Source: Candidatus Atribacteria bacterium (GTDB lineage Bacteria; Atribacterota; Phoenicimicrobiia; Phoenicimicrobiales; Stramentimicrobiaceae). Taken from it: a DNA stretch of 64,000 nt. Location: the NCBI GenBank assembly GCA_029556475.1, contig JAKQEP010000081.1:3130-67129 (forward strand). Direction: 5' to 3'. Shown here in pieces: positions 10,170 to 20,628 of the stretch (position 1 is its first letter; each line of letters starts with the position of its first letter). The position numbers and the translations under genes are program-made. The notes beneath the pieces are model-generated. The model made no database searches. It was given only the letters and a program-made list of their open reading frames with translations, and was not told where the DNA came from.

Positions 10170-11552
10170 TCATAATTTAAAATTCTGTATTATCATCTTT
10201 ATCTGTTGATATTGCTCTACATTTATATATGGTGAACAATAAGGCATCAAAGCATCATTATGCCACAAGGGATCAACGGGTTCTTTCCATTTATATTCTC
10301 TCACAATTTCTTTCCACATTTTTGTTCCTGGAATAGGTGAATATTTTGCCAGATATGGTTTAATACCATTATCCATTACAACTTTAATGGACTCAATTAT
10401 ACTTTGCAAACTCTCATCTGGTAGGCCAATTAAAAGATAAGCCCGAATCTTTTCCGGGGGAAACCCTTCCTTTAATAAATTCTTAACTGCCTTTGTGAAA
10501 GAAGCGTTATTTACTTTATTTCCTGTTTTCCTCTGCAATTCTGAATCAGCCGTTTCAAATCCTAACCATATCTTTTCGAACCCGCATTCAAGCATTAATT
10601 TAGCCACTGGTTGAGTAATATATCTGACATGTAAAGCATTAGGTGTGTAGAAATTAATATTTAAATTCTTTTTTTTAATTTCATTTAAGAAAGGAATGAT
10701 ATGATTTTCTGAATTAACCAATAAGGCATCATCATAAAAAACAAATTTATCAATTCCTTTTAATTCTTTCCAGTAAGCTATCTCTTCGGCAACTTGTTCT
10801 GGATTACGAAATTCCAACTTAGAATTAAGGATATGAGAAGCACAATAAGTACATCTAAAAGTGCAACCCCTTGAAGTTATCAGACAGATATAATCTAGTG
10901 CATTATATAAATCCCATGCTGGATAAGGAAAGCAATTTAAATTATGAAAATGATTATTTTTCAAATCATTTAGATTATTAGAATTATCTGTCAAACCTTG
11001 TAGTAACGGTATTAATTGATTTAACTGGGAATTTTTAAGAATATAATCAGCTCCGGAAAAATTAGCGGCATGATCAGTACATAGTGTAGCATATATTCCT
11101 CCCAGGATGACAGGACAATCAGGATAATACTTTTTTATCAGTGCAATAACTCTAAAGACACCAGGATACCAATAAGTCATTATAGAGGTTATTAAAACAA
11201 CATCTGGTTTGGGGAATTGTTGTATCTTTTCTTCAAAAACTGCCTCCCCAATACCATAACGACAATAATTCCGGGGAATGTGTTTTAAGGATTCCGGCTT
11301 AGTTACCTTTTCTTTATGAAAAGAACCACTTCCATCTTTATTTTTTTTGGTAGGAATATTACCTGTTTTTTTAAATAAGCTTGTATCTAAACGATCCATA
11401 CAGTCTATAAAATCTATATCAAAACCTTTCTTTCTTAAGATAGCTGCAACATATAGTATGCCCAACGGTTTGGACCAAAAATCATATGCTGTGAAGTCGT
11501 ATATCCAGGGGTTAATTAAAAGTAATCTATTTTTTTTTCTACTCTTATTCAC
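10170..11552 (-). CDS. B12-binding-domain radical SAM protein (class B)
   Basis: 460 aa. N-terminal Rossmann-like B12-binding region (LLLINPW ... GILYVAAILRKKGFDIDFIDC) followed by the CxxxCxxC cluster motif (SRGCTFRCTYCAS). Confidence 0.8.
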   Translation of the reverse strand: MNKSRKKNRLLLINPWIYDFTAYDFWSKPLGILYVAAILRKKGFDIDFIDCMDRLDTSLFKKTGNIPTKKNKDGSGSFHKEKVTKPESLKHIPRNYCRYGIGEAVFEEKIQQFPKPDVVLITSIMTYWYPGVFRVIALIKKYYPDCPVILGGIYATLCTDHAANFSGADYILKNSQLNQLIPLLQGLTDNSNNLNDLKNNHFHNLNCFPYPAWDLYNALDYICLITSRGCTFRCTYCASHILNSKLEFRNPEQVAEEIAYWKELKGIDKFVFYDDALLVNSENHIIPFLNEIKKKNLNINFYTPNALHVRYITQPVAKLMLECGFEKIWLGFETADSELQRKTGNKVNNASFTKAVKNLLKEGFPPEKIRAYLLIGLPDESLQSIIESIKVVMDNGIKPYLAKYSPIPGTKMWKEIVREYKWKEPVDPLWHNDALMPYCSPYINVEQYQQIKMIIQNFKL

Positions 11553-11710
11553 TCCAAAACCTAAAAAATCCTTTCTATTAACTGTTTATATAATAGCATT
11601 TTTCCTGTAACAAACAATATCCCTTCCTCTTTAGCAACGCGTAAGACTAGTTGGCCAAAAACCATACAGATACTCTTACCAATTATAATTATTTACACTC
11701 AATGCAACGT

Positions 11711-11739
11711 TTGACAAAAGCTATAAAAGGGTATACAAT
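11711..11739 (+). promoter_or_regulatory. Sigma-70-type promoter for trkAH
   Basis: TTGACA (11711-11716), a 17-nt spacer, then TACAAT (11734-11739), about 90 nt upstream of the trkA TTG start. Confidence 0.6.
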
Positions 11740-11826
11740 TCCCAAGGCAAATGAGTGCATTATAAACAATTTGTTTTTTATTAAAACTATAGTTTTAAAA
11801 AGCTATGGCTTTTTTAGGAGGAACTT

Positions 11827-13161
11827 TTGAAAATTATTATCATTGGAGCAGGAAAAGTAGGTCTTCAAATTGCCCAGACGCTCTCAAGGGAAAATCATGA
11901 TATAACAATCATAGACAAGCGAGAGGATATTAGGGAAGATATAGATAGCAATCTGGATATTATGACCATTGTGGGAAATGGCGCCAGTGTCAGGATTCTG
12001 GAACAGGCTGGTATAAAAGAAGCAGACATGCTAATTGCAGTAACCAGAAATGATGAGGTCAATATGATTGCCTGTATGACTGCGAAACAGTTCAATGTTG
12101 CTAAAACTATCGCCCGTATCAGAAACTCTGAATATATGTATGCAAATTCAATTTCCAAGGAAAAATTAGGAATTGATTATGTTATTAATCCCGAAAAAGC
12201 AACTGCCAAAGAAATAGTAAGACTATTGAAAACCCCTTCCAACATCTGTGAAGTTTATGATTTTGCTGAGGGAAAAATTTCTTTGTTTGGTTTAAAAATT
12301 GTAGAAGATTCTAATTTTGCCAATAAAAAATTAAAGGAAATAAGTTTTGGGCAACACGCCCTAATGGTTGCCATATTTAGAGAAAATAATCTGATAATTC
12401 CTACCGGTAATGACAAAATTATGGTAGGAGATAAAATATATTTTCTAATCAAGAAAGAAAGCTATTCAGATTTAGAGCTATTATGTGATAAAAAAAATGG
12501 TCCTTTACAAAATGTTCTCATTTTTGGTGGAAGCAACATTGGTATTCAGGTTGCCTCTCTTTTGAATAAAATAGGTATAAAAACAAAACTGATTGAAATA
12601 AATAAGCAAAAAAGCGAAACGATATCAGAATTATTACCTCAAACTCTAGTTATAAATGGAGATGGTACCAACACAGAACTTCTCAAAGAAGAAGGTATTG
12701 AAAAGACTGACGGTTTTGTAGCTGTTACTGGTTATGATGAAGATAATTTACTGGTTTCACTGCTTGCTAAGCATTTTGGGACAAAAAAAGTCATAGCCAA
12801 AATCAGCAGGATTAATTATATCCCTATTTTAGAGAAAATCGGTATCGATGCGATTGTCAACCCTCGTTTAACTACCGCTTCTGCCATACTTCGTTTCTTG
12901 AAAAGTGGCGATCTTATCGCTCTAACACTTCTCAAAGAAGGAGAATTAGAAGTAGCAGAGCTGATTGCCAAAAAAGATAGTAAAATTATCAATAAACCTT
13001 TAAAATTAACCAATTTACCCAATAATTCTATTATTGGTGCCATAATTAGAGACGATGAAGTCATTATTCCCGGTGGTGATGATATTATCATTGAGGGTGA
13101 TAAAGTTATCCTGTTCACCAAAACAACAGAAATAAAAAAGATAGAACATCTTTTTATGTAA
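11827..13161 (+). CDS. trkA: Trk/Ktr potassium uptake system NAD-binding subunit TrkA (two RCK units)
   Basis: 444 aa. MKIIIIGAGKVG and a second GGSNIGIQVA Rossmann motif give a tandem TrkA_N/TrkA_C architecture. TTG start. Confidence 0.9.
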   Translation: MKIIIIGAGKVGLQIAQTLSRENHDITIIDKREDIREDIDSNLDIMTIVGNGASVRILEQAGIKEADMLIAVTRNDEVNMIACMTAKQFNVAKTIARIRNSEYMYANSISKEKLGIDYVINPEKATAKEIVRLLKTPSNICEVYDFAEGKISLFGLKIVEDSNFANKKLKEISFGQHALMVAIFRENNLIIPTGNDKIMVGDKIYFLIKKESYSDLELLCDKKNGPLQNVLIFGGSNIGIQVASLLNKIGIKTKLIEINKQKSETISELLPQTLVINGDGTNTELLKEEGIEKTDGFVAVTGYDEDNLLVSLLAKHFGTKKVIAKISRINYIPILEKIGIDAIVNPRLTTASAILRFLKSGDLIALTLLKEGELEVAELIAKKDSKIINKPLKLTNLPNNSIIGAIIRDDEVIIPGGDDIIIEGDKVILFTKTTEIKKIEHLFM

Positions 13162-13162
13162 A

Positions 13163-14623
13163 GTGGAGTTTAATTCATTGAATTATAACGTTGTTTTACA
13201 TACACTTGGTATACTATTATCCTTTCTAGGCTTAAGCATGATATTTCCTCTTTCTTATGCTTTTTATTACCAGGAAGAAAGGGCAATTTATGCTCTTTTA
13301 TCTTCAATAATAATTACCATTCTTTCTGGATTGTTCTTACGTTTCACCTTTAAAAGTGAAGGTGGGATAGGCAGAAAAGAAGGTTTTGCCATTGTTACAC
13401 TGGGATGGATTATAGCAGCTGCATTTGGTACTTTTCCCTTCCTTTTTAGTGGTGCATTAAACAATTTTATAGATGCTTATTTTGAATCAATGTCAGGTTT
13501 TACCACTACTGGAGCGACAGTTCTTCAATCTATTGAAGATAATCCCCTTTCCATACTTTTTTGGCGAAATCAAATACAATGGATGGGAGGAATGGGAATT
13601 ATCATGCTGGTAGTAGCCATTTTACCCACATTGGGAGTAGGGGGTATGCAATTATTCAAATCAGAAGTCCCCGGCCCAGAACCAGACAAATTAAAACCCC
13701 GTATTGCAGAAACAGCAAAGATATTATACCTGGTTTATATTACCATTTCTGCTCTTCAGATTGCCTGTCTTTATTTTACTGGAATGTCTTTATATGATGC
13801 GATTATACATATGTTTGGCACTATGGCTACCGGGGGTTTTTCTTCAAAAAATCTAAGCGTTGGTCATTATAATAATCTCACTTTTGAGGTAATAATTACT
13901 TTTTTTATGTTAATAGCTGGTACAAATTTTACTCTGCTCTATAAGGTACTTCACGGTGATATAAAAAGCCTGTTTAAAGATAGAGAATTTATTTTTTATA
14001 TTGGTTTAGTTTTCATTTCCATTCTAATTATTGCTACTCAATTACACATCTATATATATAAATCAATATTAACTGCACTCCGTTATGCTTCCTTTCAAGT
14101 GGTTTCTATCGTGACCACAACTGGTTTTGTCACCATTGATTTTGACCAATGGCCTGCATTATCCAAAAGTATTCTGATAATTTTAATGTTTATAGGAGGT
14201 TGCGCTGGCTCTACTGGTGGCGGTATAAAAAGTATTCGCATTCTTATTTTAATAAAAAAAGTAGGTCGGGAGTTTCAAAAAATCCTTCATCCACATGCCA
14301 TCACTCCAATCTATATCGGTGAGAAAAGAATCTCTGATGAGGCAGTGAGCACTGTTACCTCTTTTTTCTTATTGTATATAATGATATTTATCTTAGGTTC
14401 TCTTGTTATGGCTGCTTTGGGATTAGATATGATAAGTGCTATGACTTCGGTAGCAACGACTTTAGGAAATGTTGGGCCGGGATTAGGACTGGTTGGACCC
14501 ACTCAAAACTTTGCTTTTCTTCCCTCTGCAGGAAAACTATTTTTAAGTTTTTGTATGCTTTTAGGACGATTGGAGATTGATACTGTCCTAATCCTTCTTA
14601 TTCCTGAATTCTGGAAAAAATAA
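13163..14623 (+). CDS. trkH: Trk-type potassium transporter membrane subunit TrkH
   Basis: 486-aa polytopic membrane protein with pore-loop motifs (SGFTTTGATV, MATGGFSS, TTTGFVT, GGCAGSTGGGIK). The start is 2 nt after the trkA stop. Confidence 0.9.
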   Translation: MEFNSLNYNVVLHTLGILLSFLGLSMIFPLSYAFYYQEERAIYALLSSIIITILSGLFLRFTFKSEGGIGRKEGFAIVTLGWIIAAAFGTFPFLFSGALNNFIDAYFESMSGFTTTGATVLQSIEDNPLSILFWRNQIQWMGGMGIIMLVVAILPTLGVGGMQLFKSEVPGPEPDKLKPRIAETAKILYLVYITISALQIACLYFTGMSLYDAIIHMFGTMATGGFSSKNLSVGHYNNLTFEVIITFFMLIAGTNFTLLYKVLHGDIKSLFKDREFIFYIGLVFISILIIATQLHIYIYKSILTALRYASFQVVSIVTTTGFVTIDFDQWPALSKSILIILMFIGGCAGSTGGGIKSIRILILIKKVGREFQKILHPHAITPIYIGEKRISDEAVSTVTSFFLLYIMIFILGSLVMAALGLDMISAMTSVATTLGNVGPGLGLVGPTQNFAFLPSAGKLFLSFCMLLGRLEIDTVLILLIPEFWKK

Positions 14624-14664
14624 ATTTCTATTCTATCTAGCTAAATGTTTAAATATTGTATTTG

Positions 14665-14694
14665 TTGAGAGCTTCACAAAATATATGGTATAAT
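14665..14694 (+). promoter_or_regulatory. Candidate extended -10 promoter far upstream of the ATP-grasp gene
   Basis: TTGAGA (14665-14670), an 18-nt spacer, then TGgTATAAT (14686-14694). This would give a ~250-nt leader. Confidence 0.45.
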
Positions 14695-14950
14695 ATCTGA
14701 TACAACAATAAGGTTAATTGAAAAAAATATAAATTTAATAAAGGATTTGGTTTGAATAAGATAATTTTTATAATATCTAACAAGAATAATAATTTATTAA
14801 AAAATATTTTTTCTCTAATGTATCCTGTTTATCGATTATCCTCTTATTGCTGGCCATATTGCTTCGTTTAGTTTCTTTCACCCTGCCTTTCTTTTATTTC
14901 CTTAACAATTCTTAATTTTGTTCTTTAAAATTTTTGGAAGGAGAGAGCAT

Positions 14951-16072
14951 ATGTCAAAAAATATTTTGTTTATCTATAATCAGGTAAATAAAAAACAAAA
15001 AACTGGCTTATTCAGAGAATGTACCCTGGATGATGATGTAAAGGATATAAAAGAAGCATTGCTGAAAACAAATTATAATATTTTATCACTCGACCTTTAC
15101 CATCCCGAACAATTAGATAAATTTGTTATTGACAATTATCCTATTGATTTTTCTTTTGTTTTAGCTGAAGGCTATAAAAATTACCCCTATACTTTATATA
15201 ATGGCTTGGGGGCTTCCCGTATCAGGAAACAGTTAAAAGCTCATAATATTCCTTACAGTCATTCCAGTATTGAAAGTATGGAAATATGCCGAAACAAAGA
15301 CTATACTTATCAAAAATTAAAGAAATATAATATTTCTATTCCCAAATATTTTGTGTTTAATCTCAAGAATCGTTTTCGAAGGAAACAATTATTACATGAA
15401 ATAGAGCACATTGGATATCCGTTAATGGTTAAACCTGCTGGCGGAGGAGATAGTATAGGTATAACTTCGAAATCAGTTATACATAATATTGATGAATTGA
15501 GGTACATAATAGAATATTTAAGAAGAACCTTAGGGCCAGAAAAAATAATAATTGAACAATACCTATCCGGACAGGAATTTACCGTTGGGGTTTTATCGGG
15601 TGAAAAAATGTATATCTTACCTATTATCTCTTTTCCTGAAAATTGGGGAATTCGTTATACTGAAACAAAAAATAAAGAATATAGAATGTACAATCAGTTT
15701 AATATTGTTAACGAGAGGAATGCCTTATTTTATTCATTGATTGATATATCGGTAAAAAGTTTTCAGGCTGTCAAAGCTAATGACATCATTCGTATAGATA
15801 TTAAAAAGGACCAACTTGGCAACTTATATGTTATTGATATCAATGGCTCCCCTGCTCTTACCAAACGTGCATCAATAGCTTTTATGGCAAGTAAAGCAGG
15901 GTTGTCACAAAGTCAATTAATTATGTTAGTTTTTTACAATAGCATAGTAAGAAATGGTCTATCCCCCAGCAAGTATCTGGAAGATCTGATTAAACCTCTG
16001 CAAAAAAAATTAAAACCTTACGACCATGGCCAATTAATGGAAGCACTTTTAGTAGATACTGAAACTGAGTAA
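14951..16072 (+). CDS. ATP-grasp ligase, D-alanine--D-alanine ligase-like family (orphan)
   Basis: GYPLMVKPAGGGDSIGI, EQYLSGQEFTVGVL and IRIDIKKDQLGNLYVIDINGSPAL are ATP-grasp motifs. I use the ATG at 14951, preceded by GGAAGGAGAG, rather than the track start at 14918. Confidence 0.75.
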   Translation: MSKNILFIYNQVNKKQKTGLFRECTLDDDVKDIKEALLKTNYNILSLDLYHPEQLDKFVIDNYPIDFSFVLAEGYKNYPYTLYNGLGASRIRKQLKAHNIPYSHSSIESMEICRNKDYTYQKLKKYNISIPKYFVFNLKNRFRRKQLLHEIEHIGYPLMVKPAGGGDSIGITSKSVIHNIDELRYIIEYLRRTLGPEKIIIEQYLSGQEFTVGVLSGEKMYILPIISFPENWGIRYTETKNKEYRMYNQFNIVNERNALFYSLIDISVKSFQAVKANDIIRIDIKKDQLGNLYVIDINGSPALTKRASIAFMASKAGLSQSQLIMLVFYNSIVRNGLSPSKYLEDLIKPLQKKLKPYDHGQLMEALLVDTETE

Positions 16073-16220
16073 GAGAATAAGTAGTACCTTAAAAAATAGA
16101 TAAGATTATTTTTTATAGAAAACTAAAAATTTTAAGTAAAAATATGGGTCTATAACAAACCCGTATTTTATTAATTGTGTATCCCTTTATAATTGATTAG
16201 ATTTCTTTAATTCAATTATA

Positions 16221-16481
16221 TTAACCAATCATCTTTTCTGGCAACCAGGTAATGATTTGAGGGAATATGGTACAGAGTACCAAGCAAAATATTATTAATA
16301 CTATAAAAGGAATGACTCCTTTAATAATATCATCCATTGTTACTCCTAATTCAGGAGGCGCTGTACCCCTGCAGACAAAAATTGACATAGCCATAGGTGG
16401 TGTTTGAAAGGCCATTTGTAAATTAATGCAAACCATCATAGCAGCCCACAAAGGATCAAATCCTAATTTTACAAAAACGGT
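16221..16481 (-). pseudogene. 3'-terminal remnant of a TRAP transporter large permease (DctM) gene
   Basis: The reading frame opens just after a stop and encodes only KLGFDPLWAAMMVCINLQMAFQTPPMAMSIFV...FPQIITWLP, about the last 85 residues of DctM. There is no room upstream for the other ~340 aa. Confidence 0.7.
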
Positions 16482-16591
16482 TTATTGATTAAAAAGTTTG
16501 GAGTTGATCAACTCCTTCTTAATGGGCTAAACCACTATATTCTTTAATTTTTCTAAATAACCAATCCTCAATTATATACAATTTTTAAATA

Positions 16592-17740
16592 CTATTCTCT
16601 GTTTGCTGAAATAGTTCTATCATATTTATCTAAAAAGTCTTTGACTGTTTTTGATAATATTTCTATCTTTTTAAACTTAGAAAATTCCATAGAAAGAGGT
16701 GGGTTTTCCGGTTTAATTAGATAATCTATCCCATGTTCTTTGACTATCCATCCAGAATTATCAATTAATGCGCTGATTGATACTACTGGTATGTTATATT
16801 TTTTTGCTACTCTGGCTACTCCAATAGGTGTTTTACCATATATCGTAGAGGCATTGATTTCTCCTTCGCCGGTGATAACCAGATCGGCATCTTTTAATTT
16901 TTGCTCTAGTTTAACTGTTTCTATCACGATATCTATACCAGGCTTGAGCTCAGCATCTAAAAAAGCCATCAACCCGGCTCCCAACCCACCTGCAGCACCA
17001 GCTCCCGGAATATCTTTAATATCTTTGCCCAGGTCACGTTTTATAATATCGGCAAAATGCGACAGAGCATCATCGAGTATCTTAACCATCTCTTTGGTAG
17101 CACCTTTTTGGGGACCATATACGTTTGAAGCGCCGGTAGGTCCACATAAAGGGTTCTGTACATCTGAGGCAACCAGAAAGGATACATCCCTAATCCGTTT
17201 ATCAATTTCAGAAATATCTATTCGATTTAAATGGGATAGTTGTGTCCCCCCAAATCCTATTTCCTTCTCGTTTTCATCGAGTAAATGTACTCCTAAAGCC
17301 TGTACCATCCCTGCCCCTCCATCATTAGTTGCACTTCCTCCAATACCAATAATTATCTCTTGACATCTGTAATCAAGTGCAGACTCAATTAACTGACCGG
17401 TACCATAAGTTGTAGTAATTAAAGGATTTTTTTTCTCCAAAGGAACCAGGGGAAGTCCTGAGGCAGCAGCCATTTCTATAACTGCAGTATGTTGATTACC
17501 CAAAATGCCAAACGTTGCCACTATCGGCTCGGCAAGAGGTCCTAATACTTCACGCTCATATATTTTACCCTGAGTGGCATTTACTAAACACTCCACAGTA
17601 CCTTCTCCCCCATCAGCCATAGGTACCTTCTCTACTATGGCATAGGGATAAACACCTCTTACCCCATACGCTATTGCTTCAGAAACCTCTGCTGCACTCA
17701 GACTACCTTTAAAAGAATCAGGGGCAATAACTATTTTCAT
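16592..17740 (-). CDS. glxK: Glycerate kinase (GlxK/GarK family)
   Basis: MKIVIAPDSFKGSLSAAEV ... MADGGEGT ... GIGGSATNDGGAGM ... ITGEG are hallmark glycerate kinase motifs. Confidence 0.9.
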   Translation of the reverse strand: MKIVIAPDSFKGSLSAAEVSEAIAYGVRGVYPYAIVEKVPMADGGEGTVECLVNATQGKIYEREVLGPLAEPIVATFGILGNQHTAVIEMAAASGLPLVPLEKKNPLITTTYGTGQLIESALDYRCQEIIIGIGGSATNDGGAGMVQALGVHLLDENEKEIGFGGTQLSHLNRIDISEIDKRIRDVSFLVASDVQNPLCGPTGASNVYGPQKGATKEMVKILDDALSHFADIIKRDLGKDIKDIPGAGAAGGLGAGLMAFLDAELKPGIDIVIETVKLEQKLKDADLVITGEGEINASTIYGKTPIGVARVAKKYNIPVVSISALIDNSGWIVKEHGIDYLIKPENPPLSMEFSKFKKIEILSKTVKDFLDKYDRTISANRE

Positions 17741-17794
17741 ATTTCAAACTCTTTTTTTATATTATATAAAGTCAATTAAATTATAATAGTTTTA

Positions 17795-18760
17795 TTACTT
17801 ATTTACTACATTAATAGGTGAGCCTTTTACAAAATGGGCTAAATTATCTACTGCTATATCGAGCAGCCTCTTTCGACTTTCTTTAGGGGCCCAGGAGATA
17901 TGTGGGGTGATAATACAGTTTTTTGCTTTCAGTAGCGGATTGTCTCCTTTAATTGGTTCACTGCTTACCACATCTATCCCAGCAGCATAAACTTTGCCAA
18001 TATTTAAGGCATCTGACAGGTCCTGTTCCACTATAAGAGGGCCACGGCTATTATTGATGATTATCACACCATCTTTCATTTTAGAGATGTTCTCTTTGTT
18101 TATGATACCTCGAGTTGAAGGAAGCAGGGGACAATGTAAGGCTATGATATCAGATTTATGGAATAATTCGTCCAGTTCCACATAGGTAGCTATCTCTCTT
18201 CCGATATCATTCTGAATAGCATCATTGGCCAGGACTTTCATCCCTAAGGCTCTGGCAATAGTACCGGTATTCTGTCCGATTCTTCCAAAACCAATAATAC
18301 CCATACTCTTTCCATCCAGCTCAATTAAAGGATAGTCCCAGAAACACCAGTCGGGACTTGATTCCCATCGTCCATCATGAACAGCCTGATTGTGATGCCC
18401 TATGTGGTGACATATCTCTAAAAGCAGGGCGATGGCAAATTGTCCTACAGATGAGGTGCCATAGGTGGGGATATTGGTGACAGGGATACCCTTTCCTCTG
18501 GCTACATCTATATCAACAACATCATATCCGGTAGCAAGTACTCCTATGAATTTTATATTAGGGCAGGAGTTTATAGTATTTGCTTTTATGGGGGTCTTAT
18601 TGGTGAAAACTATCTCAGCATCACTAATGCGGGAGATAATCTCATCCTCATCTGTTAATGAGGTACGATCGTATATGGTAAGGTCTCCGAATTTTTTAAA
18701 TCCCTGCCAATTTAGATCACCTGGGTTTAAAGTATATCCATCTAATATTACTATTTTCAT
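17795..18760 (-). CDS. D-isomer-specific 2-hydroxyacid dehydrogenase (glycerate dehydrogenase / hydroxypyruvate reductase-like)
   Basis: NAD-binding motif GIIGFGRIGQ and the HCPL ... RG ... PHISWA catalytic pattern. Start at the ATG at 18760 with GGAG 6 nt upstream. It lies immediately upstream of glxK. Confidence 0.85.
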   Translation of the reverse strand: MKIVILDGYTLNPGDLNWQGFKKFGDLTIYDRTSLTDEDEIISRISDAEIVFTNKTPIKANTINSCPNIKFIGVLATGYDVVDIDVARGKGIPVTNIPTYGTSSVGQFAIALLLEICHHIGHHNQAVHDGRWESSPDWCFWDYPLIELDGKSMGIIGFGRIGQNTGTIARALGMKVLANDAIQNDIGREIATYVELDELFHKSDIIALHCPLLPSTRGIINKENISKMKDGVIIINNSRGPLIVEQDLSDALNIGKVYAAGIDVVSSEPIKGDNPLLKAKNCIITPHISWAPKESRKRLLDIAVDNLAHFVKGSPINVVNK

Positions 18761-18826
18761 TTTTTTCTCCTTTTTTAGCATTTACTAGCTAAGCTATAGA
18801 AACTTTTCAAGACGATGCCTTAATAA

Positions 18827-19456
18827 TTATTTTTTAATATGCACTCTGGTCTTATTAATTATCTGAATTTTATTTTGAGCAAATAACTGAATGGCTCTGG
18901 GCAGAAGCCTGTGCTCGTATTTTAGTATTCTTCTAGAAAGGGATTTTTCATCATCAGAATCTTTTACTTCTACCGCTTTTTGTAAAATTATTGGTCCGCT
19001 ATCTACTCCTTCATCTACAAAGTGTACCGTACATCCACTTATTTTAACCCCATACTCTATGGCTTGCCTCTGGGCATTAAGACCAGGGAAAGAGGGTAAC
19101 AGAGCAGGATGAATATTTATAATACGATAGGGGTATTTTTTTATAAAATTAGGACTTAATATACGCATATATCCAGCCAGAACAATAAGATCTATCCTGT
19201 AATTATCAATATATTTCATAATTTCCTGTTCATATTCATCTTTGCTGCGATACTCTTTATAATGAACAACTTTGGTTTTAATGCCATTTCTTTGCGCCCG
19301 CTTTAAAGCATAAGCCTCAGGATTATCACTGAGCACTATTCTTATCTTTCCATCAATACCACCTCTATTTATAACATTAATAATCGCCTGTAAATTGGTT
19401 CCTCTACCGGATACTAAAACTGCAATATTAATCATATCCATTATCTTCTTTTCCAT
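18827..19456 (-). CDS. purN: Phosphoribosylglycinamide formyltransferase
   Basis: NIAVLVSGRGTNLQAII ... IINIHPALLPSFPG ... GCTVHFV. The start codon is uncertain among M1, M6 and M8. Confidence 0.9.
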   Translation of the reverse strand: MEKKIMDMINIAVLVSGRGTNLQAIINVINRGGIDGKIRIVLSDNPEAYALKRAQRNGIKTKVVHYKEYRSKDEYEQEIMKYIDNYRIDLIVLAGYMRILSPNFIKKYPYRIINIHPALLPSFPGLNAQRQAIEYGVKISGCTVHFVDEGVDSGPIILQKAVEVKDSDDEKSLSRRILKYEHRLLPRAIQLFAQNKIQIINKTRVHIKK

Positions 19457-19552
19457 TTAATTCTATAAATATTTATTTAAATTATAAATTGTATCTATAT
19501 TCATACAAATTTCGGTTAGCAATTCAGTTTCTGGGTGGTCAATTCATTTATT

Positions 19553-20590
19553 TTATTTAATGTAGATAGACTCATTTGCTTCAGTCTTTACTATTACCCT
19601 GCCTATTTTATAAGCATATTCATTCAATTGATGCAATCTCTCCAAAACAACTTTTTCATCGGTTTTTTCTACTATTATGACTAATCCTATTCCCATATTA
19701 AAAGTGTGGAACATCTCTGAGATACCAACATTCCCCTTCTTTTCAATTAATTTAAAAATAGGTAAGACAGGCCAGCTATCCTTATTTATACTAACGGCCG
19801 TATTTTCAGGCAGTATGCGAGGAATATTATCGAGAAAACCACCCCCGGTAATATGGGCAATACCTTTAATTTTGAATTCTTCTAATAAGGCTAAAATTGT
19901 CGGTATATATATTCTGGTAGGCTTAAGAAGCTCTTCCCCCAAACTCACATTCAAAAATGGTACATCTTTAGTAAGATTGCTTTCTCCTTCTGCCAGAAAG
20001 ATTTTTCTCACCAATGAAAAACCATTACTATGAAGACCAGAAGAAGCCAATCCGATCACCGTATCGCCTGAAACAATATTATTTCCCGAAATAAGTTTTT
20101 TTCTATCTACTATTCCTACTGCAAAACCAGCTAAATCATATTCTCCATCATTATAAAAACCGGGCATCTCCGCAGTTTCTCCACCCAATAAAGCACAACC
20201 AGCAATTTTGCAACCCTGTACGATCCCTTTGATGATGCTCACCATCACTTCTTCTTCTAATTTTCCAGTGGCCAGATAATCTAAAAAGAAGAGCGGTTTG
20301 GCACCACAGGTTGCTATATCGTTAACACACATCGCTACTAAATCTATACCGATAGTATCATGTTTATTCATTAAATTAGCAATCTTCAGTTTAGTGCCTA
20401 CGCCATCTGTTCCAGAAACAAGGACCGGGTCCACAATCTTTTCCTGAGCTAAAGAAAATAATCCGGCAAAATGTCCAATCTCACCTATAACACCTGGTAT
20501 ATGAGTGGTATGAATGAAAGGTTTAATTTTATTAATAATGGTATTGGCTAATTCAATATCGACTCCTGCTTTCTTATATGTATCACTCAT
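19553..20590 (-). CDS. purM: Phosphoribosylformylglycinamidine cyclo-ligase (AIR synthetase)
   Basis: MSDTYKKAGVDI ... SGTDGVGTK ... DYLATGKL. The start is taken at the ATG at 20590. Confidence 0.9.
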   Translation of the reverse strand: MSDTYKKAGVDIELANTIINKIKPFIHTTHIPGVIGEIGHFAGLFSLAQEKIVDPVLVSGTDGVGTKLKIANLMNKHDTIGIDLVAMCVNDIATCGAKPLFFLDYLATGKLEEEVMVSIIKGIVQGCKIAGCALLGGETAEMPGFYNDGEYDLAGFAVGIVDRKKLISGNNIVSGDTVIGLASSGLHSNGFSLVRKIFLAEGESNLTKDVPFLNVSLGEELLKPTRIYIPTILALLEEFKIKGIAHITGGGFLDNIPRILPENTAVSINKDSWPVLPIFKLIEKKGNVGISEMFHTFNMGIGLVIIVEKTDEKVVLERLHQLNEYAYKIGRVIVKTEANESIYIK

Positions 20591-20628
20591 ATTACACACT
20601 CTTCCTTTCATTTTTTTCACAACTTTTT

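Noticed and set aside
16740-17363. Long antisense shadow ORFs: 207 aa opposite glxK, plus 634-933, 1190-1513, 58451-58825, 62903-63289, 35621-35956 and similar
   Set aside because: Each lies entirely within a well-supported gene on the other strand. They have low-complexity Ser/Pro/Ile-rich translations and no SD.
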